A model generated the notes under the pieces. It was not told the origin of the DNA. It was given only the letters and a program-made list of their open reading frames with translations, and did no database searches. A DNA stretch of 64,000 nt from Acidimicrobiia bacterium (GTDB lineage: Bacteria > Actinomycetota > Acidimicrobiia > Spongiisociales > UBA5794). Location of the stretch: NCBI GenBank assembly GCA_035458525.1, contig DATHZQ010000014.1, positions 2,860 to 66,859 of the forward strand, written 5' to 3'. Positions 52,438-61,372 of this stretch are shown here, piece after piece. The position numbers and the translations under genes were made by a program. The number at the start of each line of letters is the position of its first letter. Position 1 is the first letter of the stretch.

Positions 52438-53544
52438 ATGAATCTGACCATGAGCCCTCGGATCCGCCACTCGCCGTTCTACGACGCAACGGTGCGGGAC
52501 GGGGTCACCCATTTCACCGTCTACAACAAGATGCTGCTCCCGCTGTCGTTCGGCGATCTCGAAGCCGAATACGACATGCTCATGAACGGTGTGGCCCTGT
52601 GGGACGTGGCCGCCGAGCGGCAGGTGCAAGTCAGTGGCCCGGATGCGCATTCGCTGGCGCAATACCTCTCCGCTCGGGATCTCACCAAGATGAAGGAAGG
52701 TCAGGGCAAGTACGTTGCGATGTGCGATCACGACGGTCGCCTGCTCAACGATCCCGTGCTCCTGAAGCTCAGCGGCGATCGCTATTGGTTCTCCCTGGCC
52801 GATCACGACATGCTCCTGTGGTGCAAGGCCGTGGCCGCCGAGGGCGGGTTCGATGTCGAAGTCGTCGAGCCGGACGTCTCGCCCCTCGGTGTGCAAGGTC
52901 CGCTCGCTGAGGACGTCGTGGCCGATCTCTTTGGCGACTGGGTCCGGGACGTCAAGTTCTTCTGGTTCCGCGAGACCCACCTGGACGATATCCCGCTCGT
53001 GCTGTGCCGCTCGGGCTGGTCGAAGCAGGGCGGGTTCGAGCTGTTCCTCCAGGATGGCAGCCGCGGCATCGAGCTGTACGACAGGGTGATGGAGGCGGGC
53101 GCACCGTACGGGATCGGGCCTGGAGCGCCGAACCACGTCGAACGGGTCGAAGGCGGACTGCTCTCGTTCGGTGGTGACAACACGCCTGACAGCAATCCGT
53201 TCGAAGCCGGGATGGGTCGCTACGTCGACGTGGATCTCGAGCCCGAGTACATCGGCAAGGCGGCGTTGCAGCGAGTGGCCGCCGAGGGGCCGGAGCGGCT
53301 GTTCACAGGTTTGATGCTCGAGGGTGCGGCGCCGTCGGCCTGGCCCCTCGAGGCGACCGTGCCTGTGACCTTCGGTGGCGACCAGGTCGGCACCATGTCG
53401 GCCATCGTGCATTCGCCCCGTCTCGGCCGGACGATCGCGCTTGCGCAGATCCGTCGGGACCTCGTCGAAACAGGCGCAACCGTCGAGGTCATGTCACCCA
53501 ACGGCGTGTTGCACGCTGAGGTGCGTTCGCTCCCGTTCATCTAG
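52438..53544 (+). CDS. GcvT-family aminomethyltransferase, DmdA-like (DMSP demethylase-like)
   Basis: 368 aa. MNLTMSPRIRHSPFYDATVRDGVTHFTVYNKMLLPLSF...ALWDVAAERQVQVSGPDA...NDPVLLKL...GGFELFL. The size and N-terminal pattern are those of stand-alone GcvT/DmdA enzymes. Confidence 0.75.
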   Translation: MNLTMSPRIRHSPFYDATVRDGVTHFTVYNKMLLPLSFGDLEAEYDMLMNGVALWDVAAERQVQVSGPDAHSLAQYLSARDLTKMKEGQGKYVAMCDHDGRLLNDPVLLKLSGDRYWFSLADHDMLLWCKAVAAEGGFDVEVVEPDVSPLGVQGPLAEDVVADLFGDWVRDVKFFWFRETHLDDIPLVLCRSGWSKQGGFELFLQDGSRGIELYDRVMEAGAPYGIGPGAPNHVERVEGGLLSFGGDNTPDSNPFEAGMGRYVDVDLEPEYIGKAALQRVAAEGPERLFTGLMLEGAAPSAWPLEATVPVTFGGDQVGTMSAIVHSPRLGRTIALAQIRRDLVETGATVEVMSPNGVLHAEVRSLPFI

Positions 53545-53552
53545 TTCCGGTT

Positions 53553-54554
53553 CTACGCACACACCGGGTGGTCGCGATTGGCGAGCCAGCGGTTCTGCTC
53601 GTAGAGCGATCCCTCGTGAGCGCCGGAGAGGACCCGCTGCCTGGTCTCCTCCCATCGTCGGGCGTAGACCGCCGGGTCGTGCACCTCGTGCGACGGATCG
53701 CTGCGGCTGCGGAGGACGAAGGAGGGGAACGCCGGGCGACCCGTGGGTTGCCCGCTGGGCTGATAGCGGAGATCGAAGCTCCATCGCAGCCGATCCGAGG
53801 TGTTGAGGAGCGCCCCATGTTCGGTGAAGCGTGTCAGGAGGATCAGGGAACCCTGCGTGCAGGGCAAGGTCACCGGCTCGGTCCCGTGGCGATCGAGCAG
53901 CGCCTGCGGGATGTAGTTCTCCGCGGTGTTGAGCCGGCCCGGACAATGCAACGTCAACCCCCGTGAGCGGTGAGAGCCCGGTATCGCAACCAGGCAACCC
54001 ATCTCCTCGGTGACGTCGGTCATGGCCACCCAGATGGTGAGCAGCTCGGTGTCGGCGGCTTCGTCCATCACGGCACCGAAGTCCTGATGCCATGTGGTGG
54101 CGCCGACATTGGAGTACTCCGCCATGGCTCCGCTCAGCAAGCGCTGCGGAGGCTTGAGGCGCACCTGCTGCACCGGGTTGAGGGTGATCTCCCCGCCGAG
54201 TATCGACTCGGCGACGTCGAGCACCTTTGGGTTCGACAACAGCCCGAACAGGGCCGGTCCGGTGTGTGCTCGTACCAGGTCCGGATCCAGTCCCTCGTAG
54301 TCGAGGGGGAGCGATATGCCGAGGTAGTAGAAGAGGTCGGGGTTCTCGGTGAGGATCGCCGTGTAGCGCTCGGCGAAAGGCAGTTCCTCGTGCACGTCCG
54401 AGATCGCACCACGGGCGAAGAGGTCCGCTACAGCTGCGTCCAGGGCGGTGGCGTACTCGTCTGCGACCGGGTCGAGGTCACCGGATTCGAGCACGTCGGG
54501 GACAACGAGGAAGCCCTGCTCGTGAAACAGTTCCACCTGCTCCTGCGTCAGCAT
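53553..54554 (-). CDS. Phytanoyl-CoA dioxygenase (PhyH) family Fe(II)/2-oxoglutarate oxygenase
   Basis: MLTQEQVELFHEQGFLVVPDVL...TTWHQDFG (HxD)...IPGSHRS...RLRWSFDLRY. 333 aa. Confidence 0.8.
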   Translation of the reverse strand: MLTQEQVELFHEQGFLVVPDVLESGDLDPVADEYATALDAAVADLFARGAISDVHEELPFAERYTAILTENPDLFYYLGISLPLDYEGLDPDLVRAHTGPALFGLLSNPKVLDVAESILGGEITLNPVQQVRLKPPQRLLSGAMAEYSNVGATTWHQDFGAVMDEAADTELLTIWVAMTDVTEEMGCLVAIPGSHRSRGLTLHCPGRLNTAENYIPQALLDRHGTEPVTLPCTQGSLILLTRFTEHGALLNTSDRLRWSFDLRYQPSGQPTGRPAFPSFVLRSRSDPSHEVHDPAVYARRWEETRQRVLSGAHEGSLYEQNRWLANRDHPVCA

Positions 54555-54570
54555 GGCCAGATGGTACGCG

Positions 54571-56007
54571 CTACGGACGCCGGATCGCCACGTTCTTCCA
54601 TTGATGGTACGAACCCATTGCCGCTCGGCCCTTCTCCCGGCCGAATCCGGACTTCTTGAACCCGCCGAACGGTGCTTCGATGCTCGGCTGGAACCACTCG
54701 TTGACGAACACCTGCCCTGCCTCGAGGCGATCCGCCAGATAGGTGGCCTGCTCCAGATCGTTGCCGAACACGCCGGCTACCAGCCCGTATTCGGAGTCGT
54801 TGGCGATGGCGAGCGCATCCTCCGTGTCCGAGTAGCGGATGATGGAGAGCACCGGACCGAAGACCTCCTCGCGGGCGATCGTCATGTCGTTGGTGACGTT
54901 CACGAACACGGTGGGCTCGTAGAAATGGCCGGGCGTGTCCGGCACCGGGCTCCCCCCGGCCGCAGCGACCGCTCCGTCCTCACCGGCGATCTTCACGTAG
55001 CGGTCCACCCGCTCCAGTTGGGGCCGTGAGATGAGCGGACCCATGTCACTCTCCGACGCGCCCGGGCCGACGTCGAGCGCCTCGGCGACCGCTATCACCC
55101 GATCGACGATCTCGTCGTGCAGCCCATCGGGAACCACCAAGCGGGACAGCGCCGAGCACACCTGGCCCGAGTTGGAGAAGATGCCCCAGCGGGTCTGCTC
55201 CGTCACGTTGTCGAGGTCGGCGTCGGGCAGCACGATGCCCGCCGACTTGCCTCCCAGCTCGACGACCGCCGGTATGACCGACTCGGCTGCCGCGTGCAGC
55301 ACCTTCTGCCCCGTGGCGACGGAGCCCGTGAAGGTGATCTGGTTGACGCCGGCATGCTGGGCCAGGGCGTCACCGGCGTCGTGGCCGTATCCGCAGACGA
55401 CGTTGACTGCCCCCGGCGGCATGCCAACGGCTTCTGCGGCATGAGCGATGTAGGTGACGGTCGCCGGATCGAGCTCAGGCGATTTCACGACGACGGCGTT
55501 GCCGGCGGCGAGGGCGGGGGCGATGCCGCGACCCGTGATCTCCAGGGGATAGTTCCACGGGATGATGTGCGCCGATACCCCGTATGGCACGGGCATCACG
55601 TAGTCGGTGTACCCGGCGCCGAGCGGGATGTAGCTCCCCTCGAGCTTGTCGGTGAGGCCCCCGTAGTACTCGAGGAAATTGGCCGTCCCGGCGAGCTCCC
55701 ACCCTGACTCCTGCAGCGTCTTGCCCGAGTCCCGAGTGAGGAGTGCCGTGATCTCGTCCTCCCGCTCCCGGAGCCAGCGAGCCATGTCGACCAGCATCCG
55801 GCCGCGCTGTGACGGGCGCATGTCGGTGAGGCTCCGCTCGGCGACGCAGGCGCGGGCGGCGGCCACCGCTGCGTCCACGTCCTCTGGTGTCGCACGGGCT
55901 GCCTCGGCAAACGGTTCGGCGGTCGCCGGGTCCTCGAGCACGATCCGCTCGCCGTTGCTGCCGTCGACCCATTGGCCGTTGATGTAGTTGCGGAAGTAGT
56001 CGCTCAT
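54571..56007 (-). CDS. NAD(P)-dependent aldehyde dehydrogenase
   Basis: ATG 56007 (MSDYFRNYINGQWVDGSNGERIVLEDPAT...). ...VVELGGKSA..., ...SGQVCSALSRLVV..., ...EEVFGPV..., ...GGFKKSGFGREKG. 478 aa. Confidence 0.85.
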   Translation of the reverse strand: MSDYFRNYINGQWVDGSNGERIVLEDPATAEPFAEAARATPEDVDAAVAAARACVAERSLTDMRPSQRGRMLVDMARWLREREDEITALLTRDSGKTLQESGWELAGTANFLEYYGGLTDKLEGSYIPLGAGYTDYVMPVPYGVSAHIIPWNYPLEITGRGIAPALAAGNAVVVKSPELDPATVTYIAHAAEAVGMPPGAVNVVCGYGHDAGDALAQHAGVNQITFTGSVATGQKVLHAAAESVIPAVVELGGKSAGIVLPDADLDNVTEQTRWGIFSNSGQVCSALSRLVVPDGLHDEIVDRVIAVAEALDVGPGASESDMGPLISRPQLERVDRYVKIAGEDGAVAAAGGSPVPDTPGHFYEPTVFVNVTNDMTIAREEVFGPVLSIIRYSDTEDALAIANDSEYGLVAGVFGNDLEQATYLADRLEAGQVFVNEWFQPSIEAPFGGFKKSGFGREKGRAAMGSYHQWKNVAIRRP

Positions 56008-56051
56008 GGTCGCCCGCAGCGTACCGACACGGCTGGTATGCCGTCGGTACG

Positions 56052-57350
56052 ATGCCCCCGATGCGAGTGCCCACACCTGCGGACCGACTCAACCTCATCT
56101 CGCAGCAGGGTCTCTGCATCGGGTGCGGGCTGTGCGAGGCGATCGCCGGCCCGGAGCGGATCCGGTGCACCATCGCCCCCAACGGATACGAGCGGCCCGT
56201 CATCGTGGGCGATCTCGATCACGCCACCGTCGATGCGGTTTGTCGCGCCTGCCCGGGGGTGGTAGTCACCGGGCTCCCCGAGGACGCTGCGGCGGGAGCG
56301 ACGCTCGACTCGGTGTGGGGCCCGTGGCGGCGGATCGTGATGGCGTGGGCGGGCGATCCTGCTGTCCGCTACGCCGGATCGACCGGCGGGGTGCTGACTG
56401 CGCTCGGTATGTACCTGCTGGACTCCGGCGAGGTCGATGCGGTGCTCCACGCGGGTCCATCGATCGAGCACCCGAGCTTCGGCGAGTCGCGTATCTCCCG
56501 GACATCTGCAGAGGTGCTGGAGGCGGTCGGCTCCCGCTACGGACCGACAGCGGTGCTGACCCGGCTGGAGGAGGCGCTGGGCTCAGCCGACCGCATCGCC
56601 GTCATCGCCAAGCCCTGCGATCTGTCGGCGCTGCGGTTGCGGGCTCGCGACGAAGCCCGCATCGAAGCGCAGGTGCAGTATTTGCTCGCCATGGTGTGCG
56701 GAGGGTTCATGGCGCCCGAGGGCATGGCGGAGCGTATGACATGGTTCGGCGTCGCCGAGGAGGAGGTGACCGGGGTGCGGTATCGCGGCAACGGCTGCCC
56801 GGGGCCGACGGTGTTCGAGCGCGGCGACCGGGAGCCGGTGTCGGTCAGCTATCTCGACTTCTGGGGAGACGACGAGAGCAGGTGGACCCTGCCGTATCGC
56901 TGCAAGATCTGTCCCGACGGCACCGGCGAGGCGGCCGACCTCGTCGCCGCCGACACGTGGCCGGGGGCGGCGCCCACTGCGGAGTGGGTCGAGAGCGATC
57001 CCGGGAGCAACGCCGTCATTGCTCGAACTGCATCGGGGGAGCAACTGCTCGCTCGCGCAGCCGCTGCCGGCCATATCGCCCTGGGTGAGCTCGTCACCGT
57101 CGCCGACCTCGACCTGTGGCAGCCCCATCAAGTGCGCAAGAAGGAGGTGAGCTGGGCCCGGCAGGCGGGACGGCGCGTCGCCGGCGCCGTACCGATCGAG
57201 ATCGAGGGCCTGCGGAGCGATCAGCTGGCGCGAACTCAGCCGGTCGGGACGCTCCTCGAGGAGGGGCGGGGGAGCATCGCTCGAGTGCGGGACGGCCGGG
57301 CCGATGAGCCGGTGCCGGTCGCTGCAAGCGACCTGGGGGCCGCGACCTGA
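56052..57350 (+). CDS. Coenzyme F420 hydrogenase/dehydrogenase beta-subunit (FrhB)-family protein with N-terminal 4Fe-4S motif
   Basis: ...QQGLCIGCGLCEAI..., ...YAGSTGGVLTALGMYLL..., ...VIAKPCDLSALR..., ...MVCGGF..., ...YRCKICPDGTGEAADLVAADTW. ATG 56061 is an alternative start. Confidence 0.7.
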   Translation: MPPMRVPTPADRLNLISQQGLCIGCGLCEAIAGPERIRCTIAPNGYERPVIVGDLDHATVDAVCRACPGVVVTGLPEDAAAGATLDSVWGPWRRIVMAWAGDPAVRYAGSTGGVLTALGMYLLDSGEVDAVLHAGPSIEHPSFGESRISRTSAEVLEAVGSRYGPTAVLTRLEEALGSADRIAVIAKPCDLSALRLRARDEARIEAQVQYLLAMVCGGFMAPEGMAERMTWFGVAEEEVTGVRYRGNGCPGPTVFERGDREPVSVSYLDFWGDDESRWTLPYRCKICPDGTGEAADLVAADTWPGAAPTAEWVESDPGSNAVIARTASGEQLLARAAAAGHIALGELVTVADLDLWQPHQVRKKEVSWARQAGRRVAGAVPIEIEGLRSDQLARTQPVGTLLEEGRGSIARVRDGRADEPVPVAASDLGAAT

Positions 57351-57357
57351 TCCGGAG

Positions 57358-58080
57358 TCAGGATGTGCTGGCCACGGAGATGATCCGCCGGTACTGCGCC
57401 GGCACCTGGAACGGCTCCCACGTGGCTTCGGGCAGCGCCAGACGATCCGCCACGATGTAGGCAACGGCCGGGTTGTAGCCGAGACCGGTGTGGCTGCCCC
57501 GCACTCGCAGGTTCTCGGTCCGCGGCGCCTCCTGCACGAGGCACGTCTCCCAATGAACGATGCCGTCGCTGCGGGTGTGGACCGCGGTGACGGGGACGTC
57601 GAGGGGCTCGCCGTCATCCAACAGTGGTCGCGCCGGGACGTGGAACGCTTGGAGGGCGTTGTAGAGAGGGGCGGCGTTGCTGGCCGTCTGTACCTCCGAG
57701 CGCACCGGCGTGCCCAGCGTGACCAGCGACCGCACCGACTCCGGGTCCCTTGCAGCGAGCTGCCGTGCGTAGATCCCGCCGAGGGACCAGCCGATCAGCG
57801 ACACGGTGCGGCCGGTCTCTCCGGCGATCCGGTCCAACAGCGACGGCAGTTCGTTGATCACCCTTTGGGTGGGCCCCATGTTGCGGCCGAGGCCCCAAGG
57901 GTGCGATTGGTAGCCCAGAGAGTCGAGCAGCCGTCGAATCGTGCCGCTGGACCGATCCGAGGCACCGAACCCTGGCAGCACCAGGACGGGCTGACCGTCA
58001 CCGTGCGGGAGAAGCCGCCGGAATGGCAGCAAGCCGATCGAGGTGGCGTACTCGCCCGACGCTCGCACCGGTTCGGCCAT
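57358..58080 (-). CDS. Alpha/beta-fold hydrolase
   Basis: ATG 58080 (MAEPVRASGEYATSIGLLPF...PVLVLPGFGASDRS...). Nucleophile elbow GWSLGG. 240 aa. The track ORF is 5'-extended to 58662. Confidence 0.75.
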   Translation of the reverse strand: MAEPVRASGEYATSIGLLPFRRLLPHGDGQPVLVLPGFGASDRSSGTIRRLLDSLGYQSHPWGLGRNMGPTQRVINELPSLLDRIAGETGRTVSLIGWSLGGIYARQLAARDPESVRSLVTLGTPVRSEVQTASNAAPLYNALQAFHVPARPLLDDGEPLDVPVTAVHTRSDGIVHWETCLVQEAPRTENLRVRGSHTGLGYNPAVAYIVADRLALPEATWEPFQVPAQYRRIISVASTS

Positions 58081-58103
58081 GGCTCGCAGAATCGAGGGCC
58101 GCT

Positions 58104-59522
58104 TCACGTGAGCGCCTTCTCCAGCTCGGCCACCTCGTCCTGGATCATGTCGATCAGATCCCACAAGTCGGGCAGGAGTTCGCGGTCGCCAACCAGGCCG
58201 AAGCACAGCCGGTCGAGGTACCGGTAGAGCGTGATGTTGAGTGCGGCCCCGTCCGTGATCGTCGACACGGGATAGTGGCCCTCCAGCGGTGCCCCCGCCA
58301 GATAGAGCGGGAAATGCGGCCCGGGCACGTTGGAGATCACGAGGTTGAATGGTGTCCAGCGCCCGCCCCGCCCGTTCCGGTACGCGACCTGCGCAGCCCG
58401 CGCCGCAAGCACGGGAGGTGCGAACTGGGCGAAGTCCTGGAGCAGGGTTGCCGGCGTGGCGCGGTGCGTCTCCTTGGCGATGCCCATCGTGCGATGCACG
58501 AACTCGAGGCGTTGCACCGGGTCCTCCAGGTGCGTGCCGATGGGGGCGATCATGGCCGACACTTGATTGCCGATCTCGCCGGTCTCCTCGCCGGTGCGGA
58601 TCGAGATCGGGATGAGGGCCTGGAGCGAGCGTTTCGGCACGCCCTCGTGGCGCGAAAGCCACCGGCGCACTGCTCCGGCAGATGCGGCGATCACGACGTC
58701 GTTCACCGTGGTGCCGGCGGCGTCCTTGATGCGCTTGACCGCGCTGAGGGACACGTCGCCGAAGGCCCAGCGCCGGTGCGGGGATATCTGCCGGTTGAGC
58801 CGCGACTGCGGTGCCACCAAGGCCGGGCGCGAGAGGATCTCGTCATCCGTGTGCATTCCGACGAGGGCCGGCAAGGCCTTCAACGGGTGCAGTCCGGGCA
58901 GACCTCGGACGAGCTCGTACCCCACCCGAGAGGCCCGGACCGGGCTGAGAGCGAGGCGCCGCAAGCTGCGCGCCAGCAGCGAGACTGGAGAAGGGATTTC
59001 GCCGGACTTCCACGGCGTTGCCGGGGCCGGGACAGTGCGTCCCTCTGGTTCGGTGTCGAGCAGGCTGGTGAGGATGTCGGCGCCGCCCATACCGTCGACG
59101 GCGGCATGGTGGAGCTTGGTGTACGTGGCGACGCGCCCATCGGCGAGCCCTTCGATCAGGTACATCTCCCAGAGCGGCCGGGTGCGGTCGAGGGGTCGCT
59201 GGTGGATCCGGGCGACCAACTCCGACAACTCGAGTGCGCCGCCCGGCGGCGGAACTGCAACATGGCGCAGATGGAAGCTGAGGTCGAAGTGGGGATCGTT
59301 GATCCAGTACGGGTTGTCGACGCCCAGCGGCACGGTGAGCAGCCGCTTGCGGAACGGTGGCAGCAAATGGATGCGCTCCTCGATGAGGTCGCGCAGGCCG
59401 TCGAATCCCCACTCTTCGGGCGCATGGGAGCGATCGAGCACGACGACACCACCGACATGCCCTTGCTGGAACGGGGTCTCGAGGTTGAGAAACCCCGTAT
59501 CGACGCCACTCAGTTGCTCCAC
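58104..59522 (-). CDS. Wax ester synthase / diacylglycerol acyltransferase (WS/DGAT)
   Basis: MEQLSGVDTGFLNLETP...HVGGVVVL... Catalytic HHxxxDG motif (LHHAAVDGMGG). 472 aa. Confidence 0.85.
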   Translation of the reverse strand: MEQLSGVDTGFLNLETPFQQGHVGGVVVLDRSHAPEEWGFDGLRDLIEERIHLLPPFRKRLLTVPLGVDNPYWINDPHFDLSFHLRHVAVPPPGGALELSELVARIHQRPLDRTRPLWEMYLIEGLADGRVATYTKLHHAAVDGMGGADILTSLLDTEPEGRTVPAPATPWKSGEIPSPVSLLARSLRRLALSPVRASRVGYELVRGLPGLHPLKALPALVGMHTDDEILSRPALVAPQSRLNRQISPHRRWAFGDVSLSAVKRIKDAAGTTVNDVVIAASAGAVRRWLSRHEGVPKRSLQALIPISIRTGEETGEIGNQVSAMIAPIGTHLEDPVQRLEFVHRTMGIAKETHRATPATLLQDFAQFAPPVLAARAAQVAYRNGRGGRWTPFNLVISNVPGPHFPLYLAGAPLEGHYPVSTITDGAALNITLYRYLDRLCFGLVGDRELLPDLWDLIDMIQDEVAELEKALT

Positions 59523-59720
59523 CTGCCAAGCCTAACCCTACCGGAGCGGTCACCGATGCTCGCAGCGACCAGACTGCACTCCGCACGAACCGAACCAGCT
59601 CTCGAGGCCGATGCGCGATCATTTCGTCGTTGACGGATGGCTCATGTTGAGCGGCTTCAGGTTCGGCGCTTCGCACGTCCGGACGACGGGATGCTGCCGC
59701 ATCCTCACTGGGTCTTGCTT

Positions 59721-60520
59721 CTACGCGAAGTGTTCCTCCATCCAGGCGACGCCGTACGCGATCAGATCGGAGGCGTCGATCAGCTCGCTCTCTGCGCTTC
59801 CGACGAGGCCGGTCCGGGCTCGACCTTCGGCCAGGTAGGACTTCGTGATGACGGCGAAGTGGTCTGCGCCGTGCCAGTCGACGATGCCGTTCGAGTCGTC
59901 GAGGCATTCGATCGCGACGATCGTCGGCCGCGCCGATGCGACGGTGACGCCGCACACGGCGCTTGTTCGGGATCTTGGCCAAATACTCGGCATGGTGACG
60001 TCACCGTGTCGAGGTCGGCACCGAGTCTGAGCACCTTCCCCCGTGCGTCGAGCATGCGCGCCAAGGGTGAACCCGAGCCGTAGTAGTCGTTCCACGGGAC
60101 GTTCGAGGTCAGATCGGCGGTGAGCTCGCCCCGCGCCGCAAACCGTCCCTCGGGGTGATCTGAGACGACCGTTCCCGGGTGTGTACGGAACACCTCGGCG
60201 AGGGCGCCGACGTCGGGGTCGGCCGGGGTCGTTACCGCGTCGAACGGCTCGGCCTCTGCGAGGGCGGCGGGCCGCTCCGCCTCCGGCAGGTCGTGGACCC
60301 AGGCCCATCCGTCGTCGGCGCCGAGCACCATCAAGAGGGTGTCGCCGGGCTCCACCGCGTGGTCGAGGGCTGCGATGACGCCCGCTGCGCCGTGCTCGTG
60401 GGCCCGACTGCCCTCAGGGAGGCGTGAACCATCAGCACGTCACCGGGTACGACCCCCAGGGTACGAAGGGTCTGTTTGCAGCCGATCGATGCCGTGGGGC
60501 GGAAGCATGAATGCAGTCTG
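59721..60520 (-). pseudogene. Aminoglycoside 3-N-acetyltransferase (AAC(3)) family gene degraded by at least three frameshifts (upper boundary approximate)
   Basis: Family-typical segments are spread over different minus-strand frames.
- LRTLGVVPGDVLMVHASLRAVGP in ORF 60331-60600.
- EPGDTLLMVLGADDGWAWV...PWNDYYGSGSPLARMLDARGKVLRLGADLDTVT in ORF 59780-60355.
- AKIPNKRRVRRH at the start of ORF 58843-59982.
- ...IVDWHGADHFAVITKSYLAEGRARTGLVGSAESELIDASDLIAYGVAWMEEHFA in ORF 59721-60308. Confidence 0.7.
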
Positions 60521-60616
60521 CCAGCCACGATCGGCGGCGGGCCAGCATCAAGGCATCCCATGGGCCGACCGGTGGTGACGGTCGGCCTCCCAGCGGCCAT
60601 CTCGGGAAACGGAGCG

Positions 60617-61300
60617 TTAGCCGCCGGCGACGTAGCGCATCTCGCGGCGGTACTTCTTCCAGTCGGACGCCTTCGTCGACCATGCCACGTCGGTGACGAT
60701 CTGGCCGACTCCGATGACGATCAGCAGCGCTGTCGTCCACCAAGGAACTTCCATGACGAGCGCTGGTCCCAGGGCGAAGAACGGGATGAGTTTGGTGGCA
60801 ACGGCGCCCGAGGCATGCATCCACGCTCGGTGCTTCGGGACGGTTCGTAGGTACGTCGCGTAGTCGGTCTTCACCCCGGGCTGGGGCCGCTGCACCGTGC
60901 CGATGAACCAGTGACTGAATCGAATGCCGAAGACGCGACCGACGACGAGATGTGCGAGCCCGTGGGTCGTGACGAGGGTGATACCGGTGCCGATGAGCAA
61001 CGCAATGCCGTTGGCGGGCCGATCGAGTGAGTACGCCCACCACACGATGCCGAGTCCAACCAGCGTGCCGATGACCATGAGCGCAGTTCCGACGGGAGCG
61101 GGAACGGTGAGCAGCGCCCACGATTCGAATGCCCGCCGGTCGATCGCCGCGATGCGGTCGGCGAATTCATCGGTGAGGGCCGGGTCTCGCTTCACTGCAC
61201 CGACAGCCTTCCAGAACCCCGTTGTTCCCAACGCGGTCTGCCCTCCGTCGACGGCTTGCTCGGCCTTCGTCAAGGCTTCTTCTATTGCGGTGCGATCCAC
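60617..61300 (-). CDS. Integral membrane protein of unknown function
   Basis: Likely GTG 61300, 6 nt after GGAGA (VDRTAIEEALTKAEQAV...). Several hydrophobic helices (TALMVIGTLVGLGIVWWAY, IALLIGTGITLVTTHGLAHLVVG, ALLIVIGVGQIV). Track ORF extends to 61354. Confidence 0.5.
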   Translation of the reverse strand: MDRTAIEEALTKAEQAVDGGQTALGTTGFWKAVGAVKRDPALTDEFADRIAAIDRRAFESWALLTVPAPVGTALMVIGTLVGLGIVWWAYSLDRPANGIALLIGTGITLVTTHGLAHLVVGRVFGIRFSHWFIGTVQRPQPGVKTDYATYLRTVPKHRAWMHASGAVATKLIPFFALGPALVMEVPWWTTALLIVIGVGQIVTDVAWSTKASDWKKYRREMRYVAGG

Positions 61301-61372
61301 GTTGGTCTCCTCGATCGAGGTCGAAGCGTAGGGCCGGCAGGAATCGGCAACCAATGCGGCAACCGTCAGAAT

